The position numbers and the translations under genes were made by a program. Below, in pieces: positions 23,223 to 35,950 of a stretch of 64,000 bases of DNA. The stretch is from Marsupella aquatica (lineage: Eukaryota > Plantae > Marchantiophyta), in the NCBI GenBank assembly GCA_973895155.1, contig OZ316893.1, positions 16,336,645 to 16,400,644 on the forward strand, read 5' to 3'. The notes under the pieces were generated by a model. It did no database searches and had not been told where the DNA came from. It was given only the letters and a program-made list of their open reading frames with translations. Position 1 is the stretch's first letter; every line of letters begins with the position of its first letter.

Positions 23223-26200
23223 CTAACGGACTAATTCTTTGACTCGCAGTAATCTAGTATGTTTTCTACTGGGACCCGAGGCTTCACAGAGGCCATGCAA
23301 GGAGTCTAACATATCTGAAAGGAGTAGATTCAGATTAAACCTTCTACTGTTGACACGATTAAAAAGCTGTTCATTCCGTGCCAGCCAGAGAGTCCACAGC
23401 ACGTGGTAAACCACAAAGACCCGAATGGTTCTCTCAATTTTGGTGCATCCAGTGACTTCCAAGACAGAGAATAAATTCAAATGTCTCCAAGAAGTGGCTC
23501 CCGGAAAAATCCACCCAGCTAGCTGCCAGCACCTCTTAGCGAAGGGACATGTGAAGAAAAGATGAGGAATTGTTTCAAGAACATTGGTGCACAGTAGGCA
23601 GCTTCCATCTCCTTTACCAATCTTTCTAGCTCGTGTTCCAGTGAATAACCCTTGAGCAGCTAATCTCCAAAGGAATAAGCGGCCTTTTAACGGTAAATCA
23701 GATGACCACAGAGCATTCCAGAAATTGTTCCATTCGAGGTCAGAAAAAGAAATGCTCCAAATCCCGTTGAGCCTGAGAGAATCAGAGCCTTTGGGTCGAA
23801 TCAGCTGATACATACGTGCATTGGACAGGGTGAAGCTCTTCAACCATTCACGTTTGTCAGACCAACACCATTGGGCGGCACGAGCTTGGAGATCTCCAAA
23901 GCAATCCACAGTACCTTTGATTTTGTCCACGAATGCTAAACAAAGCTCTCTCGTTGCAACGTCAGCACCACGTATTCTTGCAATTTTAGTAGAAAAGGTT
24001 CGAACAACTGAGTCATGAGAACCATTTAAATCCGACATCGTCCTTACTCCAATCCTCCCGCACATCTTGATAATGGAGCAAATCATGTCATCCTGTAGGT
24101 GCTGAAAACCTTCCAGGCATCTCACAACATCCTCCACGCTCCACCAGCATGCCACGCCAGAAACGCCCGGTGAGAGTATAAGGTGCAGCCGAAGAGACTC
24201 CCAAGCCTTCCACAAACTACCCGTGTAAAAGAGAGCCAAAAGAACGAGGGTAACAGAGCAATAGTCGATCAGAGAGAGAGTATCTATTTCTCCTGATGCA
24301 CTTAGCATTCCTCCATTTTGCCAATCTCAAATTTTCCCCAAAAAGCCTAGCCCATTCAGAGACTTGCGAATCCAGAGCACGGGTGAACCATTGACAGAGT
24401 AAAGCATCAGAGTGACTGCGAAAGTCCTTAAACCCAAGGCCACCGTCCACCTTAGGCCGTGCCATCGTCTTCCACGCTACCAGGGGAATTTTCCGTCCAC
24501 CATTCTCATTATATCCCCAAAGGAAGTCACGGCAGAGAGCCACCAAAGTCTTAGCCAAAGAGTTGGAGCTTCTAAGGAACATCATATGATAGATAGGAAT
24601 AGCTTGCAATACATGCTTAACAAGAATAGTGTGTCCCGTGAAAGAAAGAAAACCGGTGGCCCAAGCAGAAAGTTGAGAACTAATCTTGTCAAGATAGAAG
24701 GTGTGGAGTTGCGAGGAAGAAAGGTCCCATCCCATAGGCGCACCAAGGTATCTCTAAATTTCCCCTTTCCCGCTGATCTTGCAACCAGTGTTAACCAGCC
24801 ATTCCGGAATCTCCTCCAACGCAAGTGGAATGATAGTAGACTTACGTAAGTTGAGCCGAGCACCAGATGCAAGTTCATAACAAGCAATTGCTTCCGTGAC
24901 CTTATTGAAATCTTCTTCAGATGCAGGAATGAACAATCCAAGATCATCTGCAAATAATCTATAACAGATCATGAGGGCCTCAGAGATTTGAATACCTCTA
25001 AGTCGTCCATGCAAAATCTCCTGATCCAGATAGTCCATGAAAGGTTGAGTAGCAATCGCAAATAAAAAAGGAGATAACGGGCAACCTTGACGGACACCAC
25101 GGAGCAACTGGATTTCCTTCGAGAACATGCCATTCAAATGAACCCTGGAGCCCGCGCCAGTGAGTAAGGATCTCACTAAACTAATGTAGTGACTACCGAG
25201 TCCAAGCAAATGCATAGCTTCCCAGATGTAGGAGTGGCAGACTCTGTCGAAGGCCTTCTCAAAGTCCAACATAAGAAAAAGAGAGCTTTTCTTGTTAACT
25301 CGTATCCAGTTGACAGTCAGCCAGGCAACCGAGATGTTTTCTAAAATGTGCCTGCCCGGAATGAATCCGGTTTGCTGAGGACCAATAAGCTTGTGTAGAA
25401 GTGGTTTAAGGCGTAAAGCCAAGATCTTAGCCACAACCTTGTAGATGGTATTGAGCATAGTAAGAGGGCGCCAGTCCTTCAAACATCTTTTATCGGGTTT
25501 CTTCGGGATCAATTTGATCACACCTTCCTTCATGTTAGCCAAAAATTTTCCTGTTCTCCAGAAATCCAGAATCATCTCATAAATGTCTTCTTTCATAAAG
25601 TGCCAACAGGATCTGTACACTTCGGCAGTGATACCATCAGGTCCCGGTGCTTTGTTAGTCGGAAGTAACCAAAGAGTAGAACGAATCTCCTCCATCGATG
25701 GGGGGGATTCCAGTTGCCTAATTTCAGCTGCCGTAAGCGACTTACCAGTGTTAGCAAAGAGTTTGCGTCTAGCTTCTCTGACTTCAAACAAAGTACTAAA
25801 AGCCAAATCCTCCGGCGCCTCGTAAAGAGCACAGTATTGTTTTTCTACTTCTTTCAGAATACTATCCTCTTGAGTTAGTATGTCGCCATTATCAAGAAGT
25901 AGCATAGACATGTTTTCTCTGAGTCTTTTAGCCTTGACCGTAGCAAAGTAGAACTTAGATGGTTCGTCTCCCTGCCCCAGCCATTTGATCCGTGAGAGTC
26001 TCCTGCCCATTTGTACCTCTTCATGTTCAGCTATTCTTACCTGATTGTCCACAGTAGCAAAAACAGCGATGTCTGATTCAGATAGTGAACTAATAAGGGC
26101 TATCTTAAGTGTTCGCAGACGATTCCTCAAGAGAGAGATTTCCACCTCTCGGGCAAGTGGTGCAGATTGTAATTCCTTGTATTTTTCCCGCAGCCTTAAA

Positions 26201-27093
26201 CTAGCCAGATAAAAACGAAGGTGAGGATCCACCACCCGATCTTCTTGCACCTCCCATGCACCGCAAAGTTTTTCCAAACAGCCTTCAACTCTGAGCAGCC
26301 CCACATTGGCCTTGAAATAGGAGGATTTGTGTGAGGTCGTTCCCGACTCCACATTAGAAAGACGAAAGTGAAGAACGATAGGATCGTGATCCGAAAGTGC
26401 AGATCCTCCTTTGTGACAAAGTTCTACAACCGAATCTGTCCACCAGCTTTTTCCACTAAGGTAAAATCGGTCAAGTCTAGACTGCACCATAGACCCATTA
26501 ATTTTCCGTCACCAAGTGAAGTTTGCACCACGAAAGCTCCAAGTAACACCAATAGCATCCTCCAAATCAAGTCTCATTTTAAAAAATCTCCAGAATTCTG
26601 CCTCCCTTCCTTTGATCAGTGGCGATGAACCAGACGAATCATTTTCGCTTTCAGTCCTATTGAAATCCCCACAGATAATCCAGTTGTCGTGAGGAAGGGA
26701 TATTTTGAGTTCATGCCACAGTAGAGCACGGTCTCGAGGGAGATTAGGTGCATACACACTTACTAGACCGAAGTTTCCCAAAGGGTGAGAAACACGCACC
26801 CACACAGCGCGGCCTTTGTCTACTACTCCAGATTGAGTGATAGAAAGAGAGGGGTGAATAAGTAACAAAGTACCCCCGCGTCCGTCATCTGGTTCAGTAG
26901 ATAAATATTGATAGGAAGGTAGAATCAACCGAAGCGCTAGACCTAGTCTAAAAATATCAGCTTTAACCTCTTGTAAAGCTAAGGTAGTCAATGTGGTCTT
27001 GAGCGAAATAATCCAATTTTTCACCACATGTTTCCTGTTCGATTCGCACAGACCACAGACATTCCATGAAGCTATATACAATTCATTATCCAT
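23223..27093 (-). pseudogene. LINE ORF2 (APE endonuclease, RT, zf-RVT), 2 stops and 1 frameshift
   Basis: Endonuclease: SWNVCGL, LQEVK, VYAP, GDFN, SRLDRFY, SDHDP. RT: KAPGPDG, LDFEKAFD, GVRQGCPLSP, FADD. C-terminal CLLC...ETIPHLFFTC. Confidence 0.95.
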
Positions 27094-27228
27094 TTTAGTT
27101 TTCAAAATGTTCTTCCAACTCTCATAAGAATCAGGAAACGAGAGAGGCCATCCCAACAGAAAATGCAGATCAGCAGATCAGCAGATCAGCAGATCCTGAG
27201 GAAAGCCCAAAACAGATTCTTGAAGCAC

Positions 27229-29559
27229 TTATTTGGCACGGCGCCCTGGGGAAGTCAGGACGACCGAATTGGAGTTAGCAGCCGAGCGCGTCCGAATTAA
27301 AGAGTCCGGAGCAAGAGGTTCCCGAGCAGGGTAATGGAGAGAGTGTCCCTTCTTGTTGTCACCCTTTTTGTCCTTCTTCTTCTGGTCGGTAGGTGGAGTT
27401 CGAAGTTCTAGTTTTCTTGCTCGCTCCTTCTTTAACTGGCTCTTAGAAATATATTCCTCATATTCTAACATCTCTATATCAGATCCACCCCGCAGAGAAG
27501 CCTCCTCGACATCAGTGGCAGGTTGAATATCCATGTAATTTGTGTTTGAAGTTGGCTCCACTGCAAGAGAGGAAGGGCTTGGTACAGCAACTAGGGAGTC
27601 CTGCTTGTCAATTTCAGCTGCTCCATGCTTCCTCAAAGCCTGCGAATCAGATATTCTCTCTATAGCAGGCCAATCCACTGCGCCAGGGATAACATCCTGT
27701 GAACTATGATCTTCAAAGAGAGCATTGTCTCTGAGAAGCGGAGGACGATTTTCAGTGGAACGATCAGCCAGGGGAGTCGGAAGGATGGTGGTAGAAGGAG
27801 AAGATTCTTCAATCCCCACCGGGGTGCCAATACTGGGAGAACGCACTTTATCAATCAAAACAGCAGCCGGGGACGAAGTCTGATTTTGATTCAAAGGTGA
27901 CCTGGGGCTAATAACACTACCCCCTCTAGAAAGGGCAATGATATTACCAATGTTAAGGGTATTTCTCTCAACCGTAGGATCAAGAGGATCGACCCTTGGA
28001 GGGCTAGCAGCCGAAGATCCCCTAGCCGCGCCAGCACCAGCTGTCGCAAGGACCTCTTCCGGTGCCCGAGGAGAGGGACCCAAAGGGACCCCCCCAGACT
28101 CAACGTGAATAGAGTCAGAGGACCGAGGAACCACCCTGTCAAAAGCATACGTTTCATCCGCCTCATTGTATGTCCTATCTGGTTCAGGTTCGTCGTTTTT
28201 AATCTCCTCTGTTTCAAAGGCTTTGCACTGTCTGGCTAAATGGCCCCGTTCATTACATCTAAAATAGTGGTAGGGAATGTTCTTGAACGTGATTGGCTGC
28301 CAGATAGTGATATCATCGGTGATCTCGATTCCAACACTTTGAGGGATCTCGCGACACGAATCCCAAAGTATACATGCACGATCATGAGGAAAAGAGCTTT
28401 GAACGTCTCCCTGGATATAATAAAGGAGTTTCCCAAGGGATTCCGCGATTCTTTTTCGACAACCTTCAAGAACCAGAGCACGGAAAGGGATCTCAATCCA
28501 GACAGGTAATTTGGTGTAAGTTTCACTTCCCACATCAAAAGAAGGCTCCCACGAGAAAGTGTGGACAAATTTCCGATCCATGAAAAATGGGGCCAGCTCT
28601 AAAGCTGCATCTCTGTGTTCCGGGTGAACAAACGAAATCATGTAAAAATTCTTGCCCACAAATTTAATCTGCGAAACTGGCCAACCCATGTCGCTGATGA
28701 AGATGCCTTCAACCCAATCACGAAAGACTGGAAGCAGAGGAGTGCGGTCAGTGAAGTAGCACATCATGGTGCAATTGTAGAGCTCCAAAACTGAAAGGGC
28801 CGCCTCATCGAATGACCACTTGAAAGTAGTGTGGAGCTTATTCGGCCAATCTTCCCTGGAATTGTTCGAGATTGTCTTCAGAATATCCAAACATGCTTCT
28901 GAATTTTCACCAAAAAAGTCGTCATGTTCATGGATGGGAGCAAACGTGTTCCAGTGAGCCTGTTGATGGCTGGAAGTAGGTTCAGCATTGTTTTCCAATC
29001 CCCTGTAATTCCTCGATATTCCAAGATCAGGATCTCTACGTTCACCCCAGCGCTCACGTGAAGATTCAGGCTGCACAGGGTCGTTCCGGCGATCTCCAGA
29101 GACAGGGTGAGGTCCCAAGTGAGGAGCAGCATCCGCACCCGGCGGGAAAGCAAGAGGTCTCTCCTCAACGATAGCAGCTTCTTGAAAATCTGCATCCATT
29201 TGATCAGCCCACGAAGGACCATTTCTAGGAATGAATCAAGAAATCCTTGGAGGTTGTTCAGCTGGTGGTCTTCGGTCATGCTTTGCCGAGTTGTCAAAAA
29301 GGTCGTAGGGTGCATTCTTCGGTCCTCCGTGCGCATCCTGCATAGAGAATGTGTTGGGCACATTTCCTCCTATACCCCTCCTGATTTCATCTCCATCACG
29401 TGTATTACCCCCCTCAGACAAGGGTGAGCCATCATTCCTCCAAGAAGTGCCATACTGATTCCTGCCAAATCCTCTTCCAGACAAAGCAGCACCGAGTCTA
29501 CCAGGCCCTCGACCGGCATATGCACGAGTATCCATTCTAGTGCGCCAATTGTAATCCAT
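27229..29559 (-). pseudogene. LINE ORF1 (DUF4283/RRM-like plus zinc knuckle), one in-frame stop at 29236-29238
   Basis: ORFs 29236-29559 and 27229-29199 share a frame. LPVWIEIP and YFRCNERGHLARQC motifs; lies upstream of ORF2. Confidence 0.85.
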
Positions 29560-30243
29560 AGTTCAATGTTGCTTCAGAATAGGGAGCGCAAAGGATCCAA
29601 GGACCGTAACGAATGTCTGTGTTGAGACTACCAAGACCAGAGACTCCGCTACAACATTGTCCTACCTCAAATGCTCAGAAGTTAGTCTAAATGCAATCTA
29701 TCATAGCGCAAAAGGTGTCAAGAAAAAGCTCTGACGCTCCTGGATCCAATGAGACGACGACGTATTTACCAAAAATCTTAAACTTGTGTAAACCCGGAAC
29801 GCAAATGCGAGATGCTCAAGCTCTCACCGCTCTCACCGCTCTTCTCCGCTCCTTCAGCTCAACTTCTTTTGAAAGGTAAACATTGCATGACTGGCTCAAG
29901 TGTTCCTTTCATGTACTTAACACTTTTGGTTGCCACTATGTATAAAGGGGACATGTATATAGGGTTTTTTGTTCTTGTCTGGTCCAGATTATTGTGCTTA
30001 CATATACATGGAATGCTTGCAGCTTTTCCCTCATATTTTCAGATTGGGTTCATTAATTATCTTAGAGCCACAAGACCTATTGGCATTGCTAAGCCCGGGT
30101 CTCATAAAGGTACCTTTTTTATTGCTATGGTCATTTTGGTTTGGGTTTATTGTCATCATTATTTGGGAACTTTGATTTATATCATTTTGTGGTATGTTTT
30201 GGTCATAACATGCCCATTTTAATTATATCTTGTTACAGGGGAT

Positions 30244-31396
30244 ATGTCTTCATCTTCTAAAATCTCCACCATAGACTCGTCCTCCTCTGATGAAGATACA
30301 CCACCTCCACCTCAACATCACACGACCGCACCTCCTCCTCGTGGTCCACCCCGTCAACTTTGTGAATGTTCCAGATGTGTGGGTCAGGTTTCCCAAAAAT
30401 CTTACATATGTGCCCAACATATTGAGAGATATGGGCGTTGTGGACGACATACGGCAGGGGCTTCTTCATCTCATATGGTAAGTGTTATGCCTTAGTTTTC
30501 CTACCCTATTCCCATTACTCAATGGTTGAAGGTTTTTAATTTCACACCTACTTTTGTTTGTTTTGGTTTCGGTGGAATAGGTATCCAATAGGCCTAGACC
30601 TTCGGCACAAGCACCCTATGTCCCATCACAAGGTGTTCTAGATGCTATAGGCAATGCATTCTCACAAGCCTTGGGTCTAGCGGCAAGGCCCACCAGTCCT
30701 AGGGAAGTTGGGGTTGAGGCTATTGTCCCAAGAGGGAGAAAGCATTCCAAGAGGCGGGCCCGAGGGGATACTGATTTGTACAAGGCAGTGGTTATGGGTA
30801 GGTGGGGTGATTGTGAGTTCACTGGCAGATGTGTCCCTATCATCAAGGACTGGGATCCTAAGACTCTTGGTTTGCCACAACAGCTTTCCTATGGTGAGGA
30901 GGTAGAGGTTTGGGGTAGACGTTGGGTTATCAAACCTTCCACACTTGGGGATAGACATGGCTATGGAGTTTTTGCCTGTGAGGACATCATTGTGGACGCC
31001 GAGAGTGGTAGAGGTGGACGCGGCCGAGAGGGGCCTACTTTGTTTCCTTATGGTGGACCCATCTACAAGAGAAGACATTGGAACATGATCCTTGCACAAC
31101 ACCCTGAGTGGAAGACTTATGCATTGGACATTGATACTTTTGATGGAAACACTAGAAGGTATAGTGAGCAGCGTGTCATAGATGGGGACCCCATACGGAC
31201 TGGGAATATTGTTGGTTTCATAAACAGTACCGTGGGGACTCGCCCTAAGCGTAGGCAAAATTGTGAGTGGGTTTTCATTGAGGGTCCTCCGCCAGCACCT
31301 TATGGCCAGACATATCATCATGACCATTGCCTAGTTATAGCGACGAGGACCATTAACTCAGGGGATGAGTTATTTACTCACTATGAGTGGGATTAG
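30244..31396 (+). CDS. SET-domain protein carried by the CACTA (exon 30244-30477 plus exon 30581-31396, ~349 aa)
   Basis: Phase-0 intron GTAAGT...AATAG joins the exons with no stop. SET motifs: IKPSTL..HGYGVFACEDI, FPYGG, IDG...GNIVGFINS...QNC, IATRTINSGDELFTHY. Exon 1 has CECSRC...HIERYG, like the CACTA transposase-associated domain. Confidence 0.8.
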
Positions 31397-34300
31397 GGTT
31401 AAGTTAAGGGTCATAGGTGGTATGTTGCATATAAAATGACACTACATATGGCCTTTGGCCATGTTTTGTATTTGCACCACAACCAATATTATTTCATTTT
31501 TGCACACCCCTAGCCCATTTTTGTGTGTGTTCTCTTTGCAATATAACTTTCAATTGTTTGCTTTGTTTTTAGAATGTGCGACCCTCTCCAAATATGTTAC
31601 CACGGAGATTGAGAGCAACATATCAAGAAATGGGTATGCCAGAAGAAGGACATGGATCAGAGTCACACTCCTCATCAAGTGCTAGTGGAAGCAGTAACCC
31701 TGATGAAGAGGTACCTCGGACGGATGAACAAGTAACTGATGACCAGGATAGAGCCATGGATGACTTTATGGTTGATTGGTTTGGTGCCGACAACCCTGGT
31801 GATGACCTTCCCAATGAAGGGCAGGTGCCCCCCAAGGATCCATGCCCAAGACATACCCCTGAGGGACAACGCCAATGGGAAGAAGCAGAGGAACATGCCC
31901 GAACACCTATCTATGAGGGTGCTCGTTTGAGTCATCTTTTAGCCATCTTGGGGTTGATGAACCTACAGGCCAAACACAAGGCAAGCAATGCCTTGTTATC
32001 TGATATGTTTGCACTTTGCCATGACCTTATGTTACCCACTGAGAATGTGTTGCCAGCAACTTGGAAGGAGGCAAAGAGTGTTCTCTCATCTATTGGCATG
32101 GAATATCATATTGTTCATGCATGTGTGAATGATTGCATGTTATTTCATGGGGCCAATGCAAACATGACACAATGTACAACATGTGATGAGCCTCGCTATG
32201 ACCCCAACATGCTAACAAAGAAGGTGCCAAGGAAGGCTGTTTGTTGGTTTCCCATCATTCCTTGGTTGTTGCACATGTATCGGTGTTCTGACTTGGCAGA
32301 GTTGATGGTATGGCATAAGACTCATCGATCAGAGTTTGGTGTCATGCGGTTGCCAGTTGACTCCCCTGCTCACAAACATATTGAGGCAACATGGCCAGAC
32401 TTTGCACATGATCCTCGCCATGTGAGGCTAGGATTGGCATCTGATGGAGTTAGCCCTCATTCACTTGGAGGAAAGGGGCAACCTACATCAGTTTGGCCTG
32501 TGGTTGTCATGAATTATAACCTCCCATCATGGCTATCCATGAAGAAGGGGTTCCTTTTATTGTCTTTGATTATCCCAGGTCCAAAAAAGGTGAAGAACTT
32601 TGACACTTACTTGGCACTATTGGTTGGAGAACTTCAAAAATTATGGGATGGAGTGTGGGCATATGATGGCAGGAAAATTATAGGAGGTTTTCCACGTGTC
32701 TTTCAATTGAGAGGGATCATTTGTTGGACAATGCATGACTATCCTGGTAAGATGACTTCCATGCCATTTGCAACCCTTTGATAATGTGTAGTTCCTATTG
32801 TTGTTTCTCATGTGACAACCCTAACATAAAGTTTGCATGGTTTGATTTCTTCTGTGTAAGCAGGGTTTGGTTTTGTCTCTGGATTGCAAACTCAGGGGTA
32901 CAAAGCTTGCTCTACTTGTGGCCCAAGCTTAGAGGACATGGCCACATATTGTTCATGGATTAGAAAGATTGTTTATATTGGGCATACAAAGTTTCTTCCC
33001 ATGGGGCATGAGATGAGGTTTGACCCACTTCTATTCTGCTCCTTTGACATGCCATTTGGTGATGAGCGTGAAATTCCTGATGCAACAAGTTTTGCACATT
33101 GGAAGTCACTAGCTGATAGGGTGGCAGACCCAAATGATTCCTTCACCTTGATAGGACAGGTTTGACCAGGTGGAGTATACTAGCCACTTTGCCCTATTGG
33201 TCTGAGTTGAAGATCCGCCATCTCTTAGACCCCATGCACATAGAGGGAAATGTGGGGAAGGCTTTGATAAAGCATTTTTATGGGAAGAAGGACACTAATT
33301 TTAGAGAGGCATGCAAGGAGATGGAAATGCATCCAGATGTTTGGGTGACAACTGATCCTATCACAGGTGTGGAGAATCGTCCTTCTGCTCCTTGGGTGTT
33401 GAGTGTTGGTCAAAGACGTGAATTTCGGAACCGTATAGGAGAGATGCGGTTTCCTACAGGCTATGGTGCCAACCTTCGGAAAGCTTTTGGGATGGAGGAC
33501 AATCACAAGTGGCCACGATATCTGAAGACACATGACTATCATTGCCTATTGCAGCATATATTGCCACTGACAATTATAGGTATAGGGAGTGAAGAAGTGC
33601 AAGATGCCATTTGATCATTGGGTCATTTGTTGAGATGGATATGCTCAAAGGAGATATATGTAGAAGAGATCCCTGGGATGGAGGTATTGGCAGCTGAGGT
33701 GGTATGCAAGTTGGAGAAAGCCCTTCCTCCTTCCTTCTTTGATTGTCAGGTTCATTTACTTGTGCATCTTGTGCGGGAGGTTGCCATTGCTGGTCCAGTG
33801 CATTGTAGATGGATGTATTGGCTTGAGCGTTATATGGCGGTGTTGAAGGCTTATGTACGTAACCGTGCACGGGTGGAGGGAAGCATAGCTACAGGATACT
33901 TGGCAGCAGAGAGTATGTTTTATTGTAGTAACATCTTGGCCACCATTGATCCTACTTGTCCACATACTTGGATGGAGGAAAGAGAAGAGGAGGAGGACCG
34001 TTTAACAGGTGCCACAAAAACACGCATGTTGACATCAACAGAGTGGTCACAATTGACAACATTTATGTTGAGTAATAGTAATATCATGGAGAAATGGAGA
34101 GAGTTTTATGAGAATGCCAAGAGAACAAGTCAAAGAGCAAGAATTTTTCCTAAGATGCATGAGTATATGAAGCAAAAGTTGCTTGAGTTGGATGACATGG
34201 TGACACAAGGAGGAGATGTGTCCCACTTTCCTACCATCACAGATGACGTTCGAACCATTGTTTATGGCCCTTTGAGAGTGGTGACATCCAAGACGGCTAT

Positions 34301-35059
34301 GTGGACACAAGGGAGACACTTCAGGTCCACTAGTACCTAACCTTTCTTCCTCTATTAATTCATGTAGACCTTATTTTGATTAGTTATTTCTATTGTTTAA
34401 AAACTTTCTATTATAATTAATGACATCCATAACTGTAATGTTGGCTTCTATATTTATGCCATAGGCCATGTGGGTTTTGGCTATTTAGGGATGGGTGTCA
34501 TATTTTGATGATTATTACATTAATGGTATCTTTTGTGTAATAAAAATTTGTGGGTTTTGTTAATTTCAGGGTTTCTTCCCTTGATGAGAAGAGGGGTCGT
34601 ACTTTTGATTGTGGAGTTCAAGGGGAATTTTCTCAAAACTCCAGAAGCAGGCGCCATGACAGGAACATTGTTAGAGATGTTGTGCCACACTATGGGAAGA
34701 TAGAGGAGATCTTGGTGGTATCATATGACAACCATTCAAAGTTTGAGGAATATGTTTTCAAGTGCAAGTGGTTCAAAGTGAACCTTGTTGGTCAAAATTG
34801 CACTGTACTTCAAGATGAGAGTGGGTTTACACGGTTGAAGACAAGTGCCACTAGTGTTCAAGCATCTCATTGGCAAACATCAGAACCATTTGCTTTCCCA
34901 TCACACTTGGAGCAATGTTTCTACATTCCATACCCCTTAGACACCGAGTGGTCAATTGTCATCACCTATGTGCCACGTTCTCGTTCCATTGTTTCTGAGA
35001 AGCCAGATGTTATTGTATCAGACCTAGATGACCTTGAGGCCGATGAGGACCAAGTGTGA
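30244..35059 (+). pseudogene. CACTA TnpD-type transposase (exons 30244-30477, 31573-32746, 32864-34324, 34570-35059); frameshift ~33160, stop 33612-33614
   Basis: VHACVNDCMLF, RLGLASDG, SVWPVVVMNYNLP, PGPK, HDYPG|FGFVSG...GYKACSTC, DPMHIEGNV, LKTHDYH, PPSFFD..VHL, WMYWLERYM, EGSI and FKCKWF match Transposase_21, DUF4218 and DUF4216 motifs. GT-AG introns keep frame. Confidence 0.93.
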
Positions 35060-35529
35060 GGGACATATTTATATGCACTTGGGTCCAGCCTAGACATTTG
35101 TTCATGTTATATTTTATTTGTTCATGTTTGGTGATATAAAAAAAAGTATTGTCTATATTTATATTTGCCATTCATTTTTGAAGAGTCATACTCATGACAT
35201 ATGTATTGTATTGTTTTATTGTGATCACTTGTGAATTTTACATGCAACTTTCTATCTAACCTCTGTTGCTCAATATAACTTTATTTCCTACTTATTCCAT
35301 AATCTTCATTGTCACCCTCATGTTTCCCTCCTCCGTGGTACGTCTGTCCCTCCTCCTCCCTTCCTCTTTCTCCTCCCTCCTTCCTCTTCCATTGTACTCC
35401 CTCCCTTTTCCATCCTTCATTGTACCTCCCTCCATCCTCCCTTCCTCTTCCTTCCTGCCCCATCCATATATTGGACCATCCACCCTCTTCATTGTCTCAC
35501 CTCACAAAAATCTTAATTTTTAGTTTGCA

Positions 35530-35950
35530 AACAATTTGCGAAGCTCACAAAATCTCACCGGACTCGCAATTTCTACAAAGCTTTTCGTTTCTCAATATTT
35601 CCATACAATACTCTTTGCAACCTTGTGATGCAAATTCAATCACAAATTTCATATTCTCACCGTTTCGCAAATCTTCCATCCTCTAACATTCTTAAACTTG
35701 TCAAACAAATACTATCGCAAAACAATTTCAATCCAACCTTCTTCGCAAATCTTTACATCAGTTAGTTTTGGAGTCGGCGAGCGATTTCGGCATCTTCAGA
35801 AGGCGCCTTTCCATTCGGCGCATTTCGGTAAAACTTGCAAAATCATTTACTAGCTTCGCAATGTATTAGCGATATAATGCGCTTCAAGTATTATCTTTGC
35901 GATAGGGATAGAATCGCATATTGCGATGCGGGTTGATTTGCAAATTATGC
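35530..35950. repeat. CACTA right subterminal short repeats (TCGCAA/TTGCGA)
   Basis: Many TTCGCAA/ATCGCA/TTGCGA motifs just inside the right TIR. Confidence 0.65.

Larger units (their letters stand above)
22973..29869 (-). mobile_element. Full-length L1-clade LINE nested in the CACTA
   Basis: 13-bp TSD TGAAAGGTAAACA at 22960-22972 and 29870-29882. A-rich (AAAATTT)n 3' tail at ~22973-23004. ORF1 and ORF2 present. Confidence 0.93.

Noticed and set aside
27165-27196. (GCAGATCA)x4 between LINE ORF1 and ORF2
   Set aside because: A short slippage-type repeat with no evidence of function.
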